Part shown: positions 1 to 13,255 of the stretch, one piece after another | How positions within the stretch are numbered: position 1 is the stretch's first letter | Layout of the letters: each line of letters starts with the position of its first letter | Assembly: GCA_951406725.2 (NCBI GenBank) | Contig: OX597814.1 | Location: 107,880,001 to 107,944,000, forward strand | DNA length: 64,000 nucleotides | Direction: 5' to 3' | Source: Octopus vulgaris | Lineage: Eukaryota | The notes under the pieces: generated by a model | What the model saw: the letters and a program-made list of their open reading frames with translations, nothing else | What the model was told of the DNA's origin: nothing | The model's database searches: none | Position numbers and translations under genes: made by a program

Positions 1-587
1 TTGTGTTGCATACCATACTTTCGTTGTTTTAGGTGTGTATCTAGTTGTGAATGAACACAAACACTCTCTCTCACTCTTTTCACACTTGATGTGAGAGGAG
101 CGAGAGAGTGATGATTGTCAAGATCTGACAATCGGAAGGAAAAGAGAAGAGCTACACAAGCTGGACTAATTTCTGCACAATACATCGGAGTAACGAAGTA
201 CATGAAGCACCTTGTTAAAGAACCCACGACCTTATGACTATGAATCCAGCTACCTAACCAGGAGGCTATGCGCATCTGTTTATAGCTATAGACATTAAAT
301 CTGTATATTCGTATTCTGCGTTTATTTTCGTACAGTTGTAACCGTTTTGTCTCGCGGTACACTAAACACAGTGACCCCGTCTCACTGTGCCACTCGTTTA
401 TTTTGCTTTTGTCCCAACAAAACCATTTCCTAGTACCATTTCTTATAAATGTGTTGATACTCTGATGTGAGTAGTCCTATTGTTAAAGTGTCAAAATCGT
501 TATGGCCTTCAGTTTACAGCTGATGAGGGAGTGACCTGCAACAGCTTAGAGTCATTTGCTAAGGCCACTTACTACACAAACGACAGG

Positions 588-1211
588 GTTGTCTGCATTA
601 ACTTTCCACGTGCTGAACATCGTAATAGTAATAAGTATTAACTTAAACCCAACTCAGCAAGTGGTCCCTAATTTTCTTTTTTATCATTTTGGTCATGAAA
701 TTTATGTCGTCGTTTATGTAAATGATGTAGAGAAGTGGACCCAGTGTATTGGTTTCTAGTTTAGACATAAGACAAGCAAATTTGATGGAGTAACTCAATA
801 GATATCACTGACTCCAGTGATTGGCTAGAACTTTATTTTAATGACCTCGAAAAGCTGAAAATCAAAGCTGACTCAGGCGGAATATGAACTCTGAAACTAA
901 AGCTTCGGAAGAAATACACCAAAACATTTTCCGGGTGCTTTAACGATTGCGCCAGATCATCGCCCTGTGTAGACTTAATATAACATGAAAATGAGTGGAG
1001 AGGCGGAGGCGGGGATTGATAATGATTTCTACTGGGCATCGTTAAATTCCATCGATCCCATGTTGGGTTCTGTTTACCAGGAAGCCCTTAATCCCATACA
1101 ATATTTATCCAGGGATTCTAATTTATTAGGGACCACTTGCTGAGCTGGGTTTAAGTTATTACTTATTATTATTACTACGATGTCCGGCGCGTGGAAAGTT
1201 AATGCAACAAC
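588..1211. repeat. ~85-bp inverted repeat (arms 588-672 and 1125-1211) with ~450-bp spacer containing a decayed SINE-D
   Basis: tgcattaactttccacg...acttaaaccca(a/g)ctcagcaagtggtccctaat occurs on both strands; also visible as similar peptides in ORFs 556..759(+) and 1074..1256(-). Confidence 0.9.
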
Positions 1212-1474
1212 GACAGGCTCGGCTCGTGGGGGGGGGGGGGCTGTGTGTGCACGCATGCGTGTGTGGTAAGGGTTGTTTTTACTGATATAATGCTTACGTC
1301 ATCTTCGGTAAGATCACTGAAGGAGCTCTGGAATATATCGCGGTTTCATTGGAATCATTAAGAAGAATGTGTGTGTGTATGTACTATTGCTGTGCCGGAT
1401 ATATGTGTGTGTGTGTGTTTATATGTATCTGTCTATCAATATATGCACATAGACGCACACTTATATACACGCAC

Positions 1475-1535
<61 letters not shown>

Positions 1536-2698
1536 AACACCATTGGAATATATCTGTTGTAATATAGCTTTATCAAGCTGTTACATAAACAACATAATGA
1601 GATTCCCACATGTACGTATATATATCACACGCAACCGTATACACACACACACACACACACACGAGTGTGTGTGTAAGCGTATGTGTAAGAATTTGTGTGT
1701 GTGTGTGTGAGCGTATATGTGAGAATATAAGTGTATATGTGAGAATGCGTGTATATATGTATATCTATTGAACCATCTGTCTGTATGAGTATGTATGCAT
1801 CTATATGTATGTGTATACATAAAATTTATATATATATATCTATGTGGACACACACACGCACGCACACATTTATAACCATGAAGCTAGATAAGGCAGTTTT
1901 AGGACTATAAATAAATAAATATTTGATATAAATACTTTTTTGTTGTGTATTGAGTCCAATTTCTCCTGGTTTGCATAACCAACCCTTTATACGCACACAT
2001 ACACACTCACACACACACACACACTTTCCTAAATACTACAGTACAAACTCCATTCTTACACAACTTTAAGTTTCTGATAAAGAAACTCCTAGCACGTGCG
2101 CGCTCGCGCGTATTTACCGGACTTCTCTGTTGCTGTTTGCATCCTGTGTTTATATAAATAGTGTTACTCTTTGAAGTTTTCGTTTTCCCTTGAGTCTTAT
2201 AAACCGGCAGTAAAAGATTAGACCGTTTCTGCAGAGCAATAAGTACAGATTAACTAGAAATAGTGTTTTTTCTACTCACCTACAAGAAACCATTCATCAT
2301 TTTATGTACACGCATATCGTTCTTAGTTCGTTTCTCTGCGCGGCTTTTTTTTTATTATTTATAAATCTTTTCCGTTTCATTTCTTTTCTTTCATTAAAAG
2401 TCACGCATCGATAGAAAATTGTAATAATTTACAGAAGAGAGAGAAAATATGATATTTCTGTTTGACTTCATAATTCTTTTCAATGTTACAAGAAATAAAT
2501 GCTGTTGTTTTTCTTTTTTGGTTTTCCAAAAATATGTTGTAACGATTTGGAGAAGAAAAACTTAAACATCAAAGAATAAATGTTGGCGGGATTGACTTCA
2601 TTCTATTTAACATATATACATTAAAAGGCCATATACAGACTTAGTAAATGTACGCAATATGCATGAATACATCTGTCTGTCTGACTGTCTATCTTATA

Positions 2699-2880
2699 TT
2701 TTACTTGTTTTAGTCATTAGACGACGACCATGCTGAGGCATCGCCTTGAGGAATTTTAGTCGAATGCATCAAACCCTGTAATTATTTAAAAAACGGGTAC
2801 TTATTCTATCGGTGTCTATTGCCGAACCACTGCATTACGGGAACGTAAATACATGAACAAGTGGTTGCAGAAGACAAACA
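2699..2880 (-). mobile_element. SINE family A, 3' half
   Basis: reverse complement of the family-A tail (gtacttattctatcggt...gccgaacc; ttacttgttt.agtcatt). Confidence 0.75.
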
Positions 2881-2894
2881 CACGCACGCACGCG

Positions 2895-2953
<59 letters not shown>

Positions 2954-2958
2954 CCCGT

Positions 2959-3013
<55 letters not shown>

Positions 3014-3015
<2 letters not shown>

Positions 3016-3060
3016 CTAGCGGAGACACTCGGCGTTGCTCGGGATTAAATTGGCATAGTT
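3014..3060 (-). mobile_element. Helitron-like 3' terminus (GC hairpin followed by CTAG); element may extend toward ~3950
   Basis: minus strand reads tcccgagcaacgccgagtgtctccgCTAGt; related fragment tgctcgggattaaa at ~42249. Confidence 0.55.
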
Positions 3061-4036
3061 TGTATATAATATATTACAGTTATGTTGAAACAGGTGATAA
3101 GTGAAGGTGCAGCATTGACGATAAAACATTTGTGGAGTAAATGATGGGCTAATTCGACTAAGCAACATGCTATGCGTTCGTTTGGAGTATTTCAGGCCCT
3201 AACGTGTGGGGGTTATGTGATTTTTGAACGGACCGAGAAGCTGTCAGTGGATATACTCTCTTTTGCGGCAGTCGGCGCTGTGTCTAACACGACCCATCAT
3301 CTGAAATGCTGACACCTCCTTCGGGTTTGTTGCCCTACATCACTCATAAAGTAAATTTGGAGGAACTGTAGTTGTTCATTTGTGGGTAACAGGAAACCAA
3401 TGAGGTGATAGATTTGCCCTTGAACTTTGACGTCGTCGTAAATTCATGTTTATCTATCTTCTTAGATGCACCAAACGATGTCATTTGCAGAGTTGTATTG
3501 TCTGATATTTTTCTGAAAATCCTTTGACTGTATGGAAATGCCTTCTAGAAGATCCATAAGAGGCTGAGAAGGAGCTGGTAGTGTTGGCAATGTTACCTGA
3601 CCGCCTGAGCAGCACATACCATTTGTTTCATCTGAAAAATTTTAAGCTCTACAGAAAAGACAGGGTGTTTAGCACACCAATTTGGACAGAGTTATTATTT
3701 TTATAAGAATGGGAGATCATATCTGAAAACAGCTTCAGGAGTTGTGAAGAACGAATTTGTACGTAGTCTGTTTCCGAGAGCTATTCTACTGGACCTCTGT
3801 CTAATCATTAAAACATTGATTTAATATGTCTGTGGAGACATATTTTTGTAGTAAAAGGAAATAGTAGTGCTTTGGCTGCTATTTCAAAAATTTCCGGTAT
3901 GTGGTCAAGCAACTTGTTGCAAAACCCTTATTGTTATAATTATATAAGTTTTTACCGAATATGATCTTTTTCCATACCGAAATACTACTAGGTGAAATTT
4001 GTTGATTTTATTAAATTATCTTTCACCCTATATCTG

Positions 4037-4087
<51 letters not shown>

Positions 4088-4149
4088 GGTCCCGGGTTGA
4101 GTCGGAGTTAACCACAGTAAATAAGGTACTCAATACATAGCAAAAATAA

Positions 4150-4450
<301 letters not shown>

Positions 4451-4782
4451 GTCTGTGCCTCTGTGTGTGTGTGTGTGTGTTTTAAACTTTTACAACAAAA
4501 GGTTGAATGTGACTTCGAAGTTTCGGCTTATTGCCCTTTGTCAGACATAATTTAAATTCAATGGATTTAAAGACTTTGCCGATATCAACTCCCTATTTCA
4601 GCCTTTTGGGACCGATAAAATAAGTACCGTGTAATCGTCTCGTTCCTTCCCCACCCCAAATTTTCAGGTCTTGTGCTTCGAATAGTTGAAAGGATTTCGA
4701 GGTTATAATTGCCCAAATCATCTTCCTCTCGATGAAAATATAGCTTTAAAGCAATTAATATAAATTATATATACGATTAAGT

Positions 4783-5038
4783 GCTAGGATCACTAAGCAT
4801 AAATTGGCATATTTTGGTAATATTATGCGGAGAAAATCCCTGGAGAAGGACATCATGCTCGGAATGGTCAATGGCAAGAGAGGAAGAGGCCTACCAAGAA
4901 CCCGCTGGCTTGACACCATCAAGAGTGACACGGGATTGGCCATGGCCAATCTGAAAGAAGCGACCCAGGACAGAACTGGCTGGAGAATACTGATCCATCG
5001 AGTAACCGAGAGTCGACTTCGACTGAGCGGATAGATAG
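4783..5038 (+). mobile_element. 5'-truncated RTE-clade (BovB-like) LINE, C-terminal fragment with (GATA)n tail
   Basis: peptide YFGNIMRRKSLEKDIMLGMVNGKRGRGLPRTRWLD...DRTGWR is the typical RTE C-terminus; 12-bp TSD atacgattaagt at 4771-4782 and 5039-5050. Confidence 0.92.
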
Positions 5039-5331
5039 ATACGATTAAGTAATTAGGAAAATAATGATGCTTATCCTCATGAAACAGCTGTTGAACACAA
5101 TTAAAGTATGAACTATTAATGTAAGAAATATATGTGAAATTTATGCTTTTCTACTTTTGTTCTAAATAAGTTGCTCTATCAGGTCATCTTAGCCGATTGT
5201 TGCATTAATAGTTGTGAGTTCGTTCCATCCTGGATTTACTGCAATGGTATAACGTGTGGGAGTATAACGACCTGTTCTTAATTCGGCTCTTAATCACTGT
5301 GGATACATACTTTTTTATGTTTTTACATACA

Positions 5332-5725
5332 TAGCTGCCCTGCAGATATACCTATCTCTTTGAAAATCAAAGAAAAAGTGGATATCTATGGACAACTGCT
5401 TCGAAACTTCCAGCTTCTATATCCAGACTATGAAGTCATATTCATACCAATAATAATCGGAGCACTAGGTTTTGTTAGTCAATGCTTAAAGGAGAATCTG
5501 GATATACAGGGATTTTCAGAAAGAGAAATCGACTGGCTCATTCGTACATTACAAATCCAATCTGTGAGTGGAACAGTAAAAATATGCAAGACTTTTCTCA
5601 AGTTCCAAATGTGGATTTGTCTGTGTTAGCTACATCCCAAAGATGGAGCCTTGTATCTTTGTTGGAAACCATATCCCTCTTCAGTGGAAGATTTATAATA
5701 ATTAAAAGACAGAAGAGACATACAT
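5332..5725 (+). mobile_element. 5'-truncated non-LTR retrotransposon, restriction-like endonuclease C-terminus (R4/Dong/NeSL-like) plus 3' UTR
   Basis: peptide CPAD...KIKEKVDIYGQL...IPIIIGALG matches the RLE-domain pattern K..EK..Y..L...P...GALG. Confidence 0.75.
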
Positions 5726-5735
5726 GCATAGCGAA

Positions 5736-6020
5736 GGCGCATAGATTAGTGGTTAGCGTATACAGGTCAAGATCGGAAGGTCATGAGTTCGATGTCCGTT
5801 GGCGCTTTGTTTCCTTTTAACAAAACACTTTATTTCATGTTTTGTGTGTGTGTCCCCACTCGGCAGGCAAAAATGAGTTGTACCTGTATTTCAAAGGGCC
5901 AACCTTGTCACACTCTGTGTCACGCTGAATCTCCCTGAGAACTACCTTAAGGATATGCGTGTCCATGGAGTGCTCAACCACTTGCACGTTAATTTCGTTG
6001 ATTGAATCGACTGGAACACG
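5736..6020 (+). mobile_element. tRNA-derived SINE, group C
   Basis: A-box/B-box-like head (tagtggttagcg...gagttcgat); body ctgtatttcaaagggcca.ccttgtcacactctgtgtcacgctgaatctc is shared with 21785 and 49315. Confidence 0.8.
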
Positions 6021-6021
6021 A

Positions 6022-6233
<212 letters not shown>

Positions 6234-7814
6234 TGAACTAATGATCAACAGATGCCAGAACCAAAGACAGCTTCTCAATTGGGCTACACCGTCATCAAGA
6301 ACACCGTAATTAAGTATAAAATACAAATCTTTAAATCTAGAGTGAGAGAAAGAAAGGAAAAAAATTCACAAAATGGCCGACTTCAAACGCTTCTCTCGAC
6401 TTGAGATTTTTTTTTAATTTTGAAAGTGAAAACGAGAAGCGCACGTACAAATGTGAAGTAAGCAATTATTCCCCTTCGGGAATTTACCCTAGTTTGTACC
6501 TCTCTCGATCTATTTAGGATGTATTCTATCCACAGCGGATAAGTTCTTGATAAATATCTCGTGTTATGAGTCCGTAGACGTAGGCAGACAGCTCTTGTAA
6601 AACACCTGCTTGATGAATTTCATACCTTTTATGACTGCCAAGAGACAAAACCAAAACGAATTGTCTCTTGTCACCTGTTTTTTAGCTTATTGTTGTGAGT
6701 TAGAAAATGAAACATTTTTGAGGTTAGCGGTTGGAGGTAAATATTAACGGAAACATGCGACCTTTAACATTTTGTATTTGATCAAGGAGAAAGAGGGGGA
6801 TGCTGTATGTGTGTGTGTGAACGTGTGGTGATTATTTGGATGTCAGTTGAATGCTAATTAAACAGTGGTCAAGGTGTGAGGTCAATAAAAGTTCAGATAG
6901 GAAAGTAGAAGGTGGTTGTGGTGGTAGTAGTTGTAGTTGTTGTTGTTGCTGCTGTAGTTGAGAGGATGCAGTTTGTTGGTCAAATATTGGAGCATCGTAT
7001 AGGTGGGTGATTCCATGTTGAGAGAGAGAGGGGAAACAGCATATCTGTGGGTCAAATGATGGAATGTGTTATTGCAAGGTACCCGCCCCGCCTTCAACCA
7101 CCTAGATCGAGTTGCGATTTTGGTGGGGAACAGGGGGATTAAGATGTCCATAAGTGTAAGCAGTAATACCGTCCTATAATGGAGATAGGGGGAGGAGGGG
7201 CAATGCCCTATTAGGGGTTCTCGCTTGTTGTTGGCGAGAGGCAATTCCAGAACGTTCTGTTTGTACGTATCGGGTCAGTTTGTGCGTGAAACGGGGCTGA
7301 AGCGGAAAAACGAAGGTTGTGATGAAGCCGTTCGTTGTCTGTGATTGTCTGAAAGCTGGATGAATGGTGTAATGTGTAGTCATGAGTGGGATTTGGCTGC
7401 TATTTCTAGTAGGTCGAGTCTCCACGTAAATACATTTGTTGATTTTGTTCAAACGAGTAGTAGTAGTAGTAGTAGTAGCAGCAGCAGCAGTAGTTGCTGT
7501 TTAAACCAAGTCATTAATAATTTGTGTTCAGTGGCATTCCAGTCGTGACCAATCTCTTGAGGACAGTATTTAACGTTCTATCATTTAACCGATATTCTGG
7601 TCAGTAATCTCGAGTGAATAAATAATTATTCTAACAGCGAGTTGTTGAGTATTTATTGAATGATGGTGATTAAAGAACGATGAAACAGAAAATGATAACG
7701 AAAGTGGAAGGTGAAGGTAAATAAGACGGACGTGGGGGAGGGGGGAGTTTAAAGAAAAATATCAAATAATTCTTTCTGTAAGGATTATTCATTGAGTATA
7801 TCGAACCAAGTATT

Positions 7815-8153
7815 GGATCTTTTCACTTTGACCGGCAGATTTTAAAAATAATTTCTTTGTATCTAAATACTTTAAAACTTCGTATACTGGCAGAATGTGT
7901 CACATAAAACATCTTTTTCTGTTGTCAAACAACTGCAGAAATTGTATTCACCACAATAGACGTCATTGATTGGTTGAAATTGCCGAAATACGATAAATTA
8001 AACAAGAAATAGTTTACAAGCTACATAATTTTCTCAAGAACGCCAAGAGAAAAAGATGTTTTATGTGACACATTCTACCAGTATACGAAGTTTAAAAGTG
8101 TTTAGTTACAAAGAAATTATTTTTAAAACCTGCAGGTCAAAGTGAAAAGATCC
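7815..8153. mobile_element. palindromic MITE with GG...CC termini and 8-bp TSD (Merlin-like), nested in a SINE-D relic
   Basis: ~105-bp TIRs ggatcttttcactttgacc... / ...ggtcaaagtgaaaagatcc; TSD caagtatt at 7807-7814 and 8154-8161. Confidence 0.88.
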
Positions 8154-8378
8154 CAAGTATTTAACTGGTATCATATTTTATCGACTCCAAAAGGATTAAA
8201 GGCAAAGGCCGGGATTTGAATGCAGAACGTAAAAGGCCGGAAGAAATGCTGCTACGCATTTTGTCCGACGTGCTAACGATTAATATTATTATTATTTGTA
8301 GTATTTAATAATTAAATTATTAACATCATGAGAATTTAGAAACTTCGACGAGTAACCTTTGATTTTTTTTTGTTCAAA

Positions 8379-8700
8379 GGCGTAGGTGTGGCTGTGTAGT
8401 AAGTTTGGTACCCAACCACATGGTTCTGGGTTCATTTCCATTGCGTGCTAACTTGGACAAGTGTCTTTTACTACAGCCACGGGGCGACCAAAGCCTTGAG
8501 AGTAGATTTTATAGACAGAAACTGAAAAAGTCTGTCATGTGTGTTTGTCCCCATCACCGCTTGACAACCGGTTCGGCAAAAGAATCCGATAGAATAAGTA
8601 CCAAGCTTTAAAAATAAAAATAAAAAGCAGGTCAATTCGTTCGATTAAAATTAACTCGAGGCGGTTCCCCAGCATGGCCGCAGTCTAAGGAATGAAACAA
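8379..8700 (+). mobile_element. SINE family A, internally deleted
   Basis: ggcgtaggtgtggctgtgtagtaag head through ccagcatggccgcagtc tail. Confidence 0.85.
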
Positions 8701-8746
8701 CGGGCTTTTAAACCCAATGTCCCTATACGCTATTATTTATAGCTTT

Positions 8747-9237
8747 GGCAAGACTTCTTTTGTACCCGCCCCCAAAACACCCCCTTTTTAATTAATTAAT
8801 TAATTTTTCCTACACAAACCCCCATTTTCTGCTACGGAAAATACGAATCTGCAAAAATATTGGCAAAAGTCGGCATTTAGAAATTACACCCACCCTCACC
8901 CCTAATTTCTTCATTTTAAACTTTTTTCAGAATTTTTCTTTTTTTTTTAAATATGCGGGAAAATACGAAGATTATGTTTCTGAAAAAAAATTTCCAAAAA
9001 TTGTTGTAGCTACGGTTAGGATTAGGATTAGGGCTTTAGGGTTAAGGTTAGGGTTAGGATTTTAGGGTTACGGTTACGATTAGGGTTAGGGAAAAAAAAA
9101 TGAAAAATGAATTGGGGAGGGGGTCAAAATTTCAAAATGCCGATTTTTGGCAATTTTCCAGAATATCCGTATCCGAAAACGGGGATTTTTGGCAAAAAAA
9201 AAAAATTGCGAGAAAATGGAGGGGGGGGGGGCTTTCC
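8747..9237. mobile_element. MITE with GG...CC ends, 8-bp TSD, subterminal inverted repeats and internal degenerate (TTAGGG)n
   Basis: TSD atagcttt at 8739-8746 and 9238-9245; inverted blocks ~8818-8902 vs ~9113-9185; ttaggg-like array ~9017-9090. Confidence 0.8.
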
Positions 9238-9903
9238 ATAGCTTTATCTACTTCGAATTCAACTGTTAAAAACAAAATAATTTCTTCACGTGAATATCTA
9301 AGTGTGATTTCGCAAAAAAAAAAAACAAAAAACATTTCTCTCAGCATCTTCCAGAAAAAGAAACGACTTTCTTAATAGAGACAATTCTGAATTCTATATT
9401 AAGGATTGTAAGAAAACCGAAATAGTTTTTGCAAGAAGCAAAAAACGAGATTGCTGGAACTAACAAGAAAAAACTGTTGAAGCGGCAGAAAAAGAATTTT
9501 TTTCTCCCATAATTCCCCGAGGCCTTATTTTTTCTTTATCTATTTCCTTGTTACTTCTATTAAAAGCAGCTTCGGTTTAGTGACGGTATCAGATGGTCTA
9601 GTGACCCAAATAAGAAAGTGTATATGTGTGTGTGTATGCATATATATATATATAAGGCTTTCGCTTCAGGTCATCTGGTCAACATTTTGTGTGGGCGAGG
9701 AAAATGTGGGTAATTCAAAAAACGAGAATGAATGAAAAGCCCTTCTCTTGACCTTTCACAAAGAAAATTCTATTCACGTGACTGGAATCTTGTTGAAGTT
9801 GATAAGCCTGAAAGGAATTTGATGTGAAGTGAACGTAGCCGGAAGTAATATATTTGAGGAAGTGTAGTGTATATATATATATAAATGTATGTATATGTGT
9901 GTG

Positions 9904-9952
<49 letters not shown>

Positions 9953-10224
9953 TTATTTTTTTCTTGACACTCCCGTTTACTTACACCTTGTAACACCAAT
10001 CTGTTGTTATAAAGTCAGCCAGCAGGGTGCTTTATTGTGGTCGTTCGACCTGCTAGAAATAGTAGCAAAATCTCACTAAATTCATACCTTACCAGACCTG
10101 TTAGACAGGGACAGCCTTGGTGTTTCATGTGGTAAACATATTTTTCTTGTTTGGCACTGAAATATTGCGGTTAAAGACTTAAATTTTATGGAGGAAAAAC
10201 TAAAAATGATGAAATTGAGAAAAA

Positions 10225-10565
10225 ATCCTGTTAAATTTACACGTGTATGCGCCCCACCCCCGTGACTTTGTTTCCTCATAACTTTCAGAAAAATTGGATA
10301 TTTTTAAATGAAATTTTCTATAAATATGCTTCAGATAGTGTAGACTACAATTATATTTGAGTTTAATGTGAAATTTTTCCGAGGGTGGGGTGAGCAGTTT
10401 CGGAAAATTCTCACGAATCGGTTTTGATTTCTTTTGTCTTTCAGAAAAATAGGTATTTTTAGTGAAATTTTCTATATATACCTTCCAGAGTGTGTAGGTC
10501 ACGCTTATATCGGAATTTTTATGAAAATAAAAATTGGTGGGATAACACACATACAGACACATAGT
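10225..10565 (-). mobile_element. probable non-autonomous DNA/Helentron-like (DINE-1-type) element
   Basis: terminal tgtgtctgtatgtgtg tract and repeated 'atgaaatttt' motifs typical of such elements; ends not confirmed. Confidence 0.35.
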
Positions 10566-10934
10566 ATATTTTTTTCCGAAACGTCGAGTTTCATTTTGTG
10601 TGTGTGTAAACAGCCAGGCGCAACGTGATACATAAATGTGAAAAATTCAATCATCACTAAGCGTGACAAAGGGTGCCGAAGTACCTGCTTTGCTAGAAAT
10701 AAGAGTTAATATACTCTTAATGTAGTAAGAAGAGCAGAAATATTTACATATACTGATAGGGAAGATAACCACCCCATGATCATCTCAAGGATCAACCAGA
10801 CTTGGCTTAGTTTCGTCTATAGTGTAGACATCGTCACTGGTGACTGCTTTTATGGCTCATGGTCGGTTAATTCCGTCGGCCAGCATATATATATATTTAC
10901 CACAAAAATTTATGGATGATTTAGTGAATATATA

Positions 10935-11530
10935 TATATATTGAACCACAAAAGAAACGTAGCACACATACTGAATAGAAACCAATTTATTAACAGACAG
11001 CCATAACATTGATTGAAGAATACTAATTAAGAAACTGTTCTTTCCTAATGATAAAATGTCTCACATGGTGTCATCTGATGACGGAGTGTCCTGGATCCAA
11101 AGAGATGAACTCAAGATCTTGTGTGACCTCTGTTAGCGTTGATTACCATCAGGCATCTTCTGTACATTGAATGCATCAAACGATAAGATGGAGGCCATGG
11201 GGAGGGCAGCCTACTCTTCAAACATAGTGAGATGTGCTGCAGTTGTCCAAGTTTCTGGTTGAGTGCAATCCTGTCCCATACCATGATGCTTTGTCCTCCC
11301 CATGAGTCTCTTTCCACCACACAGCCATAGGCATGATGTTCACCCCTTCTTCTCCAAACCCTAACCCTGCCATTCCCCACAAAAATGCAGTTTCGACTTT
11401 CGTCAGAGAAGGCTACAGTCCTCCACTGCTGATATCACTAGTTCTGGTGTTTTTGAGCCCACTGCAGACATACCTACCAGTCCAGGATGATCTGTGAGGA
11501 TGGAGCCCCTAGCCAGACATCGACAAGGTG
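10935..11530 (-). pseudogene. Tc1-family transposase relic
   Basis: minus-strand peptides WRTVAFSDESR and GRVRVWRRRGE...GGQSIMVW; TIR-like end tgaaccacaaaagaaacg next to a TA run. Confidence 0.75.
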
Positions 11531-11976
11531 TTGTGCTCAAAGACACAATGCACCACTAGGAATTGAACTTACGATCTTACGACCAGGAGCCAAATAAGCT
11601 AACCACTGAGCCACACATTATATGCAACAGAAATTAGTTCAAAATAGCAACCTGTTTATCATACTTAATACAGGTACATCACAGAAAGCCAAATAAAGTA
11701 AGGTATTCATCCTTACTTTCTGAGATAATATCTCTTACAGGCATACAGCGTTAAAAAGAAACACAAAAATATATCAGTAGCCGATGAAATTCATCCAGTG
11801 GTTGCGGTGGTATTGTAAAATACATATTTCTACCTCTTTGGAATTGGACAGTAACAAGTATCCACTGGCAATCACAAGCTAAGAAAAAAATGTCAATACT
11901 TTTTAAAAAATCATTGATGATATATTATATATGTGAACATACATACATACATGTGTACATATATATAAATATATAT

Positions 11977-12176
11977 TCTTTTCTACTCTAGGCATGAGGC
12001 CCGAAATTTTGGGGAGAGGGGGTCAGTTGATTAGATCGACCTCAGTATGCAACTGGTACTTAATTTATTGACCCCGAAAGGATGAAAGGTGGAATTTGAA
12101 CTCAGAACATAAAGACAGACGAAATACCTCTAAGCATTTCGCCTGGCATGCTAACATTTCTGCTAGCTCGCTGCCT
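11977..12176 (-). mobile_element. SINE family D (tail type 1)
   Basis: tcttttctactctaggc...aactggtacttaattta...ccccgaaaggatgaaagg...aatttgaactcagaac. Confidence 0.85.
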
Positions 12177-12848
12177 TTTATTTATATGTGTGTGTGTGTG
12201 TATGGATGTATATATGTATGTATGTATTATCGAACACACATACTCAAAGTACATGGCCTGCTTGTTCGCCGTTAGGCTGCGAAACAGCATAGTGGGGATG
12301 ACTCCCTCAAAGTGCTGGATGCTAAAACACCTGAAAGTCATAGACAAGAGAGACAACTTACCCAATTCTCATTCACGAACGACTAAAAATTCTTCAAGGT
12401 AGTGTTCCAGCATGGCCACAGTCGAATGACTGAAACCAATAAAAGGTAAAATTTAAATTCTAATCATTGTATCTGTGCCATATTTCTTGATATCTGTACT
12501 GGCAAAGTTTTGCCTCCAAACTTTACTGTCATCTGTCAGGTTACACTTTAGTATTTATATTATTAATCATTGCTAATTACTGACTGATTTATCACCACAA
12601 ATTAATGAGAAATAAATCAAAAACCGTTGTCTGTAATATAAATGTACTTCTACATAATCCTCGCACAATGTGTAAATATAATTAGAACCAATCAAAGCAG
12701 TAATTAGTTGTCATGTGACTTGACTTCAATTAATTTTTTTTTTTTCATTGCTTGTCATTGAAGACAAAGTAATTAATTTGTTATTGCAGCAGTGTCTGAA
12801 AACGAAACGGACTGAATAAATATTGAACGTGTTTTAAATATCATGATG

Positions 12849-13004
12849 TGGAGTGGCTGTGTGGTAAGTAGCTTGCTTAACAACTACATAGTTCAGGGTT
12901 CAGTCCCACTGTGTGGCACCATGGGCTAGTGTCTTCAACTCTAGCCTCGGGCCGACCAAAGCCTTGTGAGTGGATTTGGTAGATGGAAACTTAAAGAAGC
13001 CCAT

Positions 13005-13041
<37 letters not shown>

Positions 13042-13255
13042 ATATGTTTGTGTGTCTGTGTTTGTGCCCCCGCCCCTCCAACATCGCTCGACAACCGATG
13101 CTGGTGTGTTTACGTCCCCATAACTTAGCGGTTCGGCAAAAGAGACCGATAGAATAAGTACTAGGCTTACAAAGAATAAGTCCTGGGGTCGATTTGCTCG
13201 ACTAAAGGCGGTGCTCCAGCACGGCCACAGTCAAATGACTGAAACAAGTAAAAGA
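12849..13255 (+). mobile_element. SINE family A, full length (tRNA-like head, CORE-like motif, central microsatellite, LINE-derived tail)
   Basis: tggctgtgtgg A-box-like and ggttcagtccc B-box-like motifs; high similarity to copies at 25410, 46327 and 53262. Confidence 0.92.

Noticed and set aside
515-552. ctgatgagg...cctgcaacagct, hammerhead-like
   Set aside because: GAAA is mutated and no stem I is supported; too degenerate to count.
2270-2292. Minus-strand ttcttgtag|gtgagt resembling a recursive splice site
   Set aside because: The polypyrimidine tract is short and there is no supporting minus-strand gene structure.
6882-7452. Minus-strand ORFs of 120 and 92 aa in GC-richer sequence
   Set aside because: No recognisable motif; possibly an old retroelement fragment but cannot be assigned.
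9017-9090. TTAGGG array as a relic of chromosome fusion
   Set aside because: Single orientation, short, and enclosed in a TSD-flanked element, so transposon cargo is the simpler explanation.
11390-11406. Minus-strand ctgacgaaagtcgaaac resembles a hammerhead core
   Set aside because: It is the coding sequence for the Tc1 motif FSDESR; there is no stem II or stem I pairing.
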